Source: Octopus sinensis (lineage: Eukaryota). Taken from it: a DNA stretch of 64,000 nt. A program made the position numbers and the translations under genes. Below, piece after piece: positions 23,386 through 34,508 of this stretch (positions within the stretch are counted from its first letter, which is position 1; every line of letters starts with the position of its first letter). The stretch is from NCBI RefSeq assembly GCF_006345805.1, contig NC_043011.1, positions 41,800,464 through 41,864,463 of the forward strand, written 5' to 3'. The notes under the pieces are model-generated. The model saw only the letters and a list, made by a program, of their open reading frames with translations. It was not told where the DNA came from and made no database searches.

Positions 23386-24760
23386 ATAAGACGTGAAGGG
23401 AGGAAGATTTGGCTGCTGTTTCTAAGAAATTAAAACTAGGGGCTCTCTTATTGTCTTCTAATATTGACACCTAAGACAGGTGGGTGCAGTGGCATATGAG
23501 TTCAAATCCTGCTAACGTCAGTTGTGCCTTTCATCCTCTCAGGGTCAATAAAATGTTACTCTTCTGCTTTGCTTTGCTTTCCCCCACATGAGATTTGCTC
23601 CAGCTGGTCTTACCCCCATAGAATATACTAAAAGGCTTCCCCCCACCACCACCCTAACTCTTCCCAGTTTTCACTGCTTTTGCTTATTTTAATTATTTTG
23701 TTTTGCTTTTTTCATTTTGTTTTGTTGGTTTTTGTTTATATAAATTTGAATTGTTTTTTTTTTCTTTTCCATTTTTTCCAATGTTTGTTTTGTTTTAATT
23801 GCAAAATGATGATTCAGTTTTTATTCAAAATAATGTCTTTTTTGTGTATGAGAGAGAGAGAGAGAGAGTGTGTGTGTGAGAGCCTATATGTATGTGTGTT
23901 TTTGTGTATGTTTAGAGAATATTTTCTTTTTAATGTGCATGTTTAGAAGTTTGCTCTCAGATATAGTATATGTGTCTGTGTATATGCATATGTATATAAA
24001 TACACACACACATATATATATATATATACACACACATACACACATGCATTATACATATGGTACATGTGTGTATATAATATATATGTATATATACACACAT
24101 ATGCATTATATGTCTACATATGCACACATGCTTATATACATATATAATATATCGCGGAGTAGTTGGCGTTAGGAAGGGCATCCAGCTGTAGAAACTCTGC
24201 CAGATCAGACTGGAGCCTGGTGCAGCCCCTGGCTTCCCAGACCCCGGTTGAACCGTCCAACCCGTGCTAGCACGGAAAACGGACGTTAAACAATAAACGA
24301 ACGATAAACGAAGGTGGCCCGTTAGCAATTAAAACCTAAAGGCAAACAAGGGTACAAATTAGTATCAGCATTGCTAGAAATGAGAGTCAAAAATGACACG
24401 AATAGCAATACAAAGCACTAACTTCATGAGTTGAAAAAGCGAGGGAGCAAGCAAAAGCACCTCACCATGTAAAGGTGCTTATTTCTAGCAATGCTGGCAC
24501 TATTTTGTACCTTTGTTTATTTATATATATACATGGCTGGCTGGTAATGAATTTTTCTGCAAAATATGGGTAGTTTATCCTATTCGTGCTATTGTATTAG
24601 CATTAACCTACGTCTGAGAATAAATTATTTCTGTATCTTTCATTACATCTCAACGCTTCTAAAGCCAACTTTGTTTACTTTCATCCTAAGTTGAATTTAA
24701 CGTAAGCGTCTTATACAGCTAGATTTATAAATCCTAAAATTGCAGAGCAATTTGTTATTG

Positions 24761-24833
24761 GGCAGTTTAGCTTAAAGGTAAAGCACTTGACGTGTAATCA
24801 CAGGGATGTGAGTTCGAGTCTCATGGCTGGCCG
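24761..24833 (+). pseudogene. tRNA-Thr(TGT)-like pseudogene or SINE head
   Basis: D stem GCTT/AAGC, T arm GTGAG-TTCGAGT-CTCAT, loop CG-TGT-AA. The anticodon stem is broken and position 33 is not U. Confidence 0.6.
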
Positions 24834-24921
24834 GTAACGAATTTTTCTGCAATATATGGATAGTTTATCCTGTTCATGCTATTGTATTAGCATTATCATG
24901 TGCCTGAGAATAAATTATTTC

Positions 24922-24989
<68 letters not shown>

Positions 24990-25149
24990 TACGTATATAG
25001 TATGTATATATACACATGTATATATGTGTATACATGCATGTATATTTATGTATATAAAAATCAAAACTGTTAACCTGACAGTTCTAATTAAACACTAAAT
25101 GTAATTAACTTCTGAGAACAAAACAAAGCGATGAAAATATTGAGTATCT

Positions 25150-25500
25150 TTTACTCGTACCAGTCATTAGACTGCCCATGCTGGTGCAATGCCTTGAAGA
25201 ATTTTTAGTCAAATGAATCAACTCCAGTCCTTTTTTAAGTCTTGTATTTATTCTATCGGTCACTTTTACCAAAATGCTAAGTTACGGGATGTAAACAAAC
25301 CAGCACCGGTTGTCAAGCAGTGGTGGGGAACAATCACATATGCAACAGTCTTCTTTCAGTTTCCATCTACCAAATCCATTCACAAGGCTTTGGTGGGCCC
25401 AAGGCTATAGTAGAAAATACTTGCCCAGGGTGCCACACAGTGGGACTGAACCTGGAACCATGTCACTGCAAAGCAAACTTCCTCCACAGTCACGCCTACA
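25150..25500 (-). mobile_element. SINE family A
   Basis: Reverse-complement family match. Confidence 0.8.
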
Positions 25501-25699
25501 CTTGTAATTAGTGGAAGTTAACTTGTTACATAATTAATAATAAACCACAAAGTTCTAGGTACCCCACCCATTAACCCCTAGCTTCACCATTCCCTGTCAT
25601 GTCTACAGAACTGAGAGACTGGGTGGAACCAATGATAAAAATATAGAGAAACAGTTTCAGAAAAATCGATGAAGAGGTGAAAAGAAAAAAAGACTTTTG

Positions 25700-26045
25700 G
25701 CATTTAAAACCAGATTCTTCTTTCTTTTTCCTTTCCTCTTCCTCCTTTTCTTTCTCTCTCTCTCCTCTCATCTATCACTTTCTCTCTCTCCTCTATCACT
25801 TTCTCTCTCTCCTCTGTCACTTTCTCTCTCTCCTCTGTCACTTTCTCTCTGTATCATTCTCTCTCCCTTCTACCATTTTCTCTGCCTCCCTTCCCTTTTC
25901 TCTTCTCGTTCTCTGTCTCTCTCTTTCCTTTCTACCATTCTTTCTCTGTTTCCCTCTCTCTTTTGTCATTCTCTCTCCCCCTCCTTTCTTTCTCTTTCCT
26001 TCTATCATTTTCTCTATCCCTCCATTTTCTCTGCATATTTTCATT
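25700..26045. repeat. CT-rich polypyrimidine low-complexity tract
   Basis: Directly visible; contains short CTATCACTTTCTCTCTCTC repeats. Confidence 0.9.
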
Positions 26046-27843
26046 CTTTGACCATCCCAAGTGTACCAGTTCTTCTGACAATGACCAATTTATCAATTCT
26101 ATTGACCATCAATATGCATGTAGAAAAAAAAACAGGATGGCCATGGACGAACTGTCTTTTATTATAGATTTGTGTGATCACAGCTGATCTGGGGCTAAAC
26201 AACAGCAATAGCCACTAATATACTAATCCTACTGACCATCACTACTGTACGAGCTAACAGATTGTCATGGTTAAAACATCTTTGATGGTCTGCTAGCCAA
26301 GAGCCTGCCTCAGGCTCGTCACACATGGCTGTGTACTTGACAAGCTCATTCCAAGTCACATGGTTTCTAGTTCAACTCCATTGCACAACAACTTAGCGCG
26401 GTAATTTCTACTATAGATCCAGGTTGACCAAAGTCTTGTTATGGAATTTAGTGGTCAGAAACTGAAAGAAACCTAACGTGTGTGTGTGTCATTTATCATA
26501 AATTGTCTGCTAGTTTTGAACCTTCGTAGACATGTGGATTAAGTGACCACTAATGTAAAATGTTGGTAAGGGTTAGTAACTGGAAGGGCATCCAGCTGTA
26601 AAATAATATCCCAATAATATATTTGTCTAGTGTGGAAAAATGGACATACAAACAAATATATGTGCACATATGTACATATAACTAAGGTTAGAGGGACCAG
26701 TCATATAATAAAGTATAGTTTGGCCTCATCTGGTCATAGATATATATATCCTCAAATACATTCTCATGTAATGGAAATTGACAAATAATACAGAAGTGAA
26801 ACTGAACCAGTGTGTGTGTTTATTATTGGCCTAATGACCCTCCCAAGATATTACAAAATACAAAAAATGCAAGTTAACATCATGAATCTTTCAATCTTTG
26901 AAACCGGTGTTAAATTGATGAATAATGTTTTACTTGTATCAGTCAATATGTATGTGTGTGTGTATATATCTCCTTGTCTTGACATCATACATAAGTCGTA
27001 AACAAACATCACCATCTTACAAGCTGTATCATTCATTTCTAGTCTTCTGTGGAAAAATATGTCTGGCCATAGGGAAAATATGACCTTGCTCTGAAAATAG
27101 GTGAGGATTTGTGACAGAAAACACCTCAACAAATTCTGTCTGGCCCATGCAGGCATGGAAAAGTGGACATAAAAACAATGATGTGATAATGGCATGAGGT
27201 CAAAATTATTATTATTGTACCAGTTTGTGTGTGTATGTGTGTAAAGGCATGTGGCCTAATGGTTAGGGGTGTTGAACTCATGACCATAAGATCACGGTTT
27301 CAATTCCAAGACTGGCTGCATATTGTGTTCTTAAGCAAAACACTTCATTTCACATTGCTCCAGTCCACTCGGCTGTAAATGGGACTGACTAACCTTCCAA
27401 TCAGGGAGGAATGTTGGTCTGATTGCTTTATGAACACGGTGAAAAGTGTATTGTGATCAGCAATGTATAACAGCATCTGATAGTCTGGTCAATCACAATA
27501 TCATGTGAAATATATATATGAGAAAGAGGGAGAGAGACTTTGGTGTGAAAGACTGCAGAAAAAAGTGTGCAGTACCATAATAGAATATAATAATTCTCTT
27601 TTGTTTGATCCAGTAATCCCATTAGAGTCTTTGAGATATTGCTAAATATTCAGACCAGAAAAAGTCTGTCTTAGGAACACATCAAACACCAAAACACTCC
27701 AGAGTAACCTGCTGCTGGATCAGACAAAATAGGAGTTATGATTTTTGTGGTATTGGGTAACTGTTATATTACAGCCATTACTCTGAGATTCAGAGCTTGG
27801 CAGCAGTTTTCAGAAGAAAAGAAATCATTCTTTTAATGAAGTC

Positions 27844-27883
<40 letters not shown>

Positions 27884-28956
27884 GCATTACATGCATATCC
27901 ACTAATACTTTGCACGCAGTAGATGCTTCTACACACACCCTAGCTTCCCTTATCAAAATACATATGTACCCGACCGATGAAAGCGTGATTTATATAACTT
28001 ACTTCTGTTTATTTCCAGGGTAAATACAAGATGAACATGTAACGGTGACTTTAAGCATTTTACCCACCACGATGAAAGGCTATTTATGGGTGAAAATTAT
28101 AGTTCGACCCCCTTGGCTGGAATGTGAAAGGGACTACATTTGAACACACATATTCTTGTTGATATTTATTTATATATATACATATATACATACATAGCTT
28201 CATGTACATGTGTATATATAATTGTGTGTGTATTGATGCATGTGTCTATATGTATGTATGGGTGTGTATATATATTATATATATATGAATATATATATAC
28301 ATATATAAACATACATATGCATACATACATATATATATACATACAGCCCTTTGTTAACTGAGAAATTGTGGAGCCATTATTAGTAATGGATGTATATTTT
28401 ATCATAGAACTTAATTATAATTTTTAATAAGAATTAACGAGATTTTGGGTCAGCTATTTATTGGATTCCTGTGATGTCTGAGATGAATTCTTGTCAGCGT
28501 TACCATTTTCCAAACCATTGATCTCATGTTTAGAGTGTCGATATGTTTTCATTATTTATGTCTTCATTACATTTCACTTCATTTCGTCTCTCGTTATCAT
28601 GAGGTGTCTCATATTTTAATGTCGAGTACTTTGAGCCCAGACTTGATTCCAACAGGGAACATTTATTTCTGGACTAAGAGACAGACTCTCCTTAGTCACT
28701 TAAACCCCATGCTTCATGTAAATAGCAACAGTTAGTTTAGAAGTAAAGGTGCCTGTTTCAAATCCAGTCTGTGACCTTTGAGAATACGACACTTGATGAT
28801 CAGATCAAAAACCAATAGCAACACAGATTTCTAAATGTTTGAAATATAAACACTTTAAAGATTAGATTAATCATCCAGAAAATAATGTGATCACCAATGT
28901 TAATTTTTTTACTGAAAATCAAAATAAAAATTTTCTTTTATGTTGTGTGCATCTGT

Positions 28957-29267
28957 GATGGAGAGGGTCATACGTTGGACAAAATGCTCTGAGTTATTTT
29001 TGGTCTTGATGTACTGACAGTTCTATATTTGAGAGATGAAGAATTATGTACATTATTTACATTTGACAGATATTTGTTCTCATCTTGTTTGTTGTTAACA
29101 CAACGTTTTGGCTGATATACCCTCCAACCTTCATTAGGTGTCCTGGGGGAATTTTTAACCTGGGTTCTCATTCCTAAGGTATTTTTCTGATGTTATTATT
29201 CAGGTCACTGCCAGGAATCGAACTCGGAGTTAGTAGCCCACACTCTTAACCACTACGCCATATACCC
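28957..29267 (-). mobile_element. tRNA-headed SINE-like element with degenerate hammerhead motif
   Basis: A box TGGCGTAGTGG (29250-29260), B box GAGTTCGATTCC (29214-29225), hammerhead-like fold at 29097-29142. Confidence 0.65.
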
Positions 29268-29839
29268 GTGGACAATTATGGATTGTATTTTAGGTCTTAT
29301 AAATTTAATATTTTCCTATCCTTCCTTAACAACAAACAAGATGAGGACGAATATCCGTAAAATGTAAATAATATTGATGTTCTGAGTTTAAAATTTTGCC
29401 GAGGTCAGCTTCACCTTTCATCCATCATTCAGGGTTCATTAAGTACCAGTAAGTAGTGAGCGTTGACTGGAATGACTATGGCCCTTGCCACCATCCCGTC
29501 CCTGCCCTGTTGGGGGAAAACATCAGTGACCTCTTACCAAATCTCTGTTTTTAGGGTAGGTTTTGTGTATGTTTGTGTATTCTCATTCTGGAAAGGGTAA
29601 TACTTATTTAAGGATTTCTAGTCTACGGAGGTTTTGTTGCAAATATATACACACAAAGGTGTGTGTGTGTGTGTGGTGTGTGTGTGTGTAAGCCTTTCAT
29701 TTCTTTATTCCCACAATTTTCTTCTCATTGTTTTTTTTCCCCTAAGCTTGTTTTATTTGGAGGATTAAGAAGTTATCTTGTTACAAACACACACATCACA
29801 TTCGCACATATATATACACACTCATATATACATTCATAT

Positions 29840-29906
29840 AAAATATATTTATATATATATACATAATATATATAATATATATATATAATATATATATATA
29901 TAATAT

Positions 29907-29973
<67 letters not shown>

Positions 29974-29990
29974 ATATATATATATATGAT
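29840..29990. repeat. Long (TA)n/(TAA) microsatellite
   Basis: Directly visible. Confidence 0.97.
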
Positions 29991-30181
29991 AAGCATTACT
30001 TTACATAATTAGGGTTCAGCAAAAGAATTTACTTTACCACACACCAAACTTTTAGAAATAGCAGCCAAAGAATTAGCTATTTCCTCTACTATAAGAAGAG
30101 TCTCCCAGACATTGTATACTCAAAAACAATTCACGTAGGCATAGAGGGAAAAATAACGAAAAATCACTCGTAAATCGATTA

Positions 30182-30244
<63 letters not shown>

Positions 30245-31919
30245 TAAATATTTTTTATTGTAATAATGTTATTCTCCTGTAGCTTTCATGTGTGTGTGTG
30301 TGTAATAAAACAATCACATGACCATAAATAATTCTTAAATTCTAATAATTCATTTTTTTTATTGTTTTATATCTTTTATATTTTTGCTGATGATTTTTAT
30401 ACACACACGCACATACATATATATTTCACTTAAGTAAGATTTTTTTCATGCATTTATTTATTTTTAACATTCTTTGCTGGGTTTTTTTTTTATTTCTTCT
30501 CTCCACAAACTTTTGTGTTGGCCATCTCCGTATAAAAGAAGGATCATTATTTGTATGATCCTTGTTAATGTCAAAAAAAACCCAACCAAACCTGTTAGTG
30601 GTCATTCAGTCAGCTAGAAATAGCTGCCTATTCTCCTTTATATGACACTGTAATGTTTTAGAAGGACACATTTGATAATGTTGTCCTAGGTGAACTATGG
30701 CTTGGCGATAGGGAGAATACAGAAAATGGTTGGATCAGGGACGATGTAGGGTTAAAAAGTAACAACTTGTAAATATTTCTGTGGCAGTGAGCTGGCAGAA
30801 TCATTAACATGCCAAGCAAAATGCTAAGTGGCATTTCATCTGTCTACATTCTGAGTTCAAATTCTGCTGAGGCCAATAAATCAAATACCAGTGAAACACT
30901 GGGGTTGATGTACTCAACTGGTCCCCTTCTCCCAAATTTCTAGCTTTGTGCCTTTATTAGAAAGGATTATTATTATTATTATTATTATTATTATCATCAT
31001 TATTATTATATCCACATTACTATAGTTACTATTATTAGCACAAGAGTCTGTTACTAATTCTGAGTGATGTATGCATGTTTGTTTGTGTGTGTTTTTTCTC
31101 TTTATATAATTAGATGTTATGGGAAATTGCCTTGGAAATATGAAATCACTGTTCTCATTTTTAACTACATCACATTGCTGAAAATTAGGTCTTCGGATCC
31201 ATTGAAACCACCTCTATGACAGTAACATGAATCCAATTCGTTACATCCACGTTTCCTATAAACTGTAGCTAAGACAACTGATTTCTTTGGTTTCAGGTTT
31301 CTGTGTTTGGTTCAGAAGATCTTAGTAAGAAGTGACAGCCATTGTAGCAGTTTCTTTGGGCTGTTTTAAATCTGATTTACTTTTCAATGAATTTTTATAT
31401 TTTAAAGTGAATTATAAATGATGCACAGCTGGTAAAGTGCTGTTCAAAATATCTGCTGTTATTTAAACTCCTTGATTTAGATTTCAAATCTCTCTTGAGG
31501 TGATTTAGCTTTCCATAATTCTGGGGCTCGATAAAATAAGTTCCTGTCAATCAAGTACCATTGTTGATTTAACCTTGAAACTGTCCCATAGTTCTATGGT
31601 TCAAACTTCCCATTTCAGACTGATAGAAATTAAAACCTTCTGTCATAATCTAAATATGTATGTGTGCACACACACGTACACATATTTGATAGATATTTAT
31701 ATATTAAAATTAATTATGAGAATGTCAACACAGAAAATAAAATTAAACAAGGTGCAACTAATTAGTTTGAGAGTCAAAGAAAGATTAAGTAGGAGTGTCT
31801 TTAATGTTTTAAGCATAAACTCTTCTTCAGGAAGTAAAATAGTTGAAAAATGAATAAAAATGTAGAAGAATGAAATTTTAAAAAATCATGGTAATAATAA
31901 TATTAATAATAATAATGAT

Positions 31920-32129
31920 CCTTTCTACTATAGACCTGGAATTTGATGGGGAGGGGGATAGTCAATCACATCAACCCTAGTACTTGACTGGTATTTAATT
32001 TATTGACCCCTGAAAGATGAAAGGCAAAGTTGACCTCGGCGGAATTTGACCTCAGAATGTAGCGACAGGGGAAAGAAATACTGCTAAGCATTCTGTCCAG
32101 CATGCTAATGATTCTGCCAGCTCACCACC

Positions 32130-32162
<33 letters not shown>

Positions 32163-32165
32163 GTA
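31920..32165 (-). mobile_element. SINE family B between (TAA)n tracts
   Basis: Reverse complement of the 17190-17400 type. Confidence 0.8.
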
Positions 32166-32673
32166 GAGATTTGTATGTTGCTCTGCCTATCATGTTTCAG
32201 TCATTTTGACTGCAGCCATGCGCATGCGTGCGTATGTGTGTGTGTGTGTGTGTATGTGTGTGTGTTCACCGTGATAATGTTTATAGACTGAAAATGAAAA
32301 AAAATTCTTTTTGTAAGACTGACTGGACTTGCTGAATGTAGCCTTGTTGGAAAGCCAGTTCATAGAGAATCAAATAGATACCAGTTATATTCTGAGGCTT
32401 CATTGATTGATTTTATAGAAGTACCACCACTCCACCCCACTTCCCGTCTCCCCTGAAGAAACCGGTTTTATTCCAATATTTTGCTCTTATTTTTCTTTTC
32501 TTTCCCTCTCTTATCTATCTATCTATCTATCTATATATATATATATCATTGTAATTTTTGGAGGTAACTATGTTGAATTATTACTTGAATCTATATTTAT
32601 TCTTAAGTCCCCTCCACTCTCTCTCTCTCTCTCTCTCTTTATATTTATTTATTTATTTTTATCTTTATGCTAG

Positions 32674-32694
32674 AACTCAAGTGGATTACAAAAG
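32674..32694 (+). CDS. MCF2L: Candidate 21-nt microexon (NSSGLQK, phase 0-0) of the DBS-like gene
   Basis: (CT)n/T-rich tract, tttatgctag| acceptor, AAG|gtgaga donor. Frame-preserving and stop-free in the phase set by the neighbouring exons. Confidence 0.65.
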
Positions 32695-34462
32695 GTGAGA
32701 GTATTTAAATTCAGAGAGAGTTCAATGTCGTCTTTGTGTGTGTGCATGAGTGTGTGAATTGGTGCGTATGGAGTTGTATTCTCTATTATTTTCACATTAT
32801 TTATCTTTAAGTAAACATGCATGTTTATATCAGTCTGTGGGTGTGTGTATGTGTATGTATATATAAATAAAGATAGATAGGTAGACAGATATATAAATTA
32901 TTATTATTTTAAAATCAGCTGAAATGACAAAGTGACTCAAACACTCAACCTTTTGTTTGCAAAAAGCACCTCGTGCTATTTTTTCAGTCGAAATGGCAGG
33001 ACCCTTGCAAACGAAAAGGCCGGCTGCTTTTATGTCTGTGTATAATTTATTTCTGTATTTAGACTATGCTATGGCACCCAGGCTACTTTTCTATGTGCCA
33101 CCCCTGTATACAGAGACAGACACAGACAAACAGACAGACTGATAGGCAGATAGACAGGCCAACAAGCATGCTTCTTAAAATTATGTCAGTGTTGTGTCTT
33201 TCATCCATTTTCTGCATGTATTTGTGACTGTGTTGTGCATTTATTAATATTTCCCAATAAAAATGTTTGGTTGAAGAATAATTTAATGTAAGGAATCTCA
33301 ATTAATTTTAGTTTTGAAATTAAATACTTTGAAATACTACCAGTTTCTGAGACAAACTTGTGATAAAAACAAAAAATACTTTTTATTCAATTTTTAAATC
33401 ACTTCACTACCCAAGATCACAATGTAATTAGAAAGCATTGGTGCTGGTGCCACATAAAATGCACCCAGTGCACTCTGTAAAGTGGGTGGCCATTAGGAAG
33501 AGCATCCAGCCATAGAAACCGTGCCAAAACAGATGACTGGAACCTGGTCCAACTCCTGGCCTTAGTAGCTCCTGTTAAGCCATCCAGCCCATGCCAGCAT
33601 GGAAAATGGACATTAAATGATGATGACGATGATGATGAGAAATGGTTAATTAATTTATTTTAGACCGGAATGAAGTTCCTTTCTTAGTTTTATACCATGC
33701 TCAACTGTTGACTTTATATTGACTTTGTCTGTTTGTCTGTCTATCAATTGATAGATAGATAGATATATAGACAGATAGATTGGGACTTTCTTGTCTCTTT
33801 AATGAACGAGGGCTCAACAGAACAGAGTTACCAATGACGATGGGTACTTGGTTTTCTAAACGCCCTACATATAACGATTGTCATTATAACGGACATGGTT
33901 TGTGCAGAGCCAATCCAATTTTCTCGTTCTCCAGACTTGTATTGATCTGCTGCAACGAGTGTCACAAACCCTGTCATTACCAGGATGCAGGATTTGCAAG
34001 GAGTTATCTTAGACGAGCAGCTCAAGAGTTGAGGGGCCTCATACACTTTGGGTCCATTGGACTGTCTCTGAGTTATATCTTCCAATGACGAGTTCTTCAG
34101 CAAAACACTTCATTTCATGTTGCTCCAATCCACTCAGCTGTAGATGGCTGACCACCCTGTAACATAGAAGGGGCAGGGATGTAAACATACACTTAGAATT
34201 AGATTATTCCCCCACACTACCCCACCAAGTTACATGGTAAGAAAATATCTTTAGTTATTGACTAACTTAAATATTTTAGTTTATATTTCTTTAACATATT
34301 TAAAAATTACCATAAAATTAATATACACACTCAAATCTGTTTAGTTATTATTACGTATCACTTAAACATCTGTCTTCGTGTACCATGGTTACAATCATCA
34401 GCAATTATTGACCTCTCTGTCCTCCTGTCCCACACAACTTGTTACATTATTGATCTGGTCAT

Positions 34463-34508
<46 letters not shown>

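Noticed and set aside
25677-26187. Leu/Ser/Phe-rich membrane-like ORFs
   Set aside because: CT-rich low-complexity DNA.
28019-28044. Acceptor-like tttccag followed by GKYKMNM*
   Set aside because: Stop in the required phase and no frame-preserving donor. An alternative terminal exon cannot be excluded but is unsupported.
31298-31325. Possible 28-nt or 9-nt microexon ending TTA|gtaaga
   Set aside because: The 28-nt form shifts frame; the 9-nt form has a weak tract and no UGC motif.
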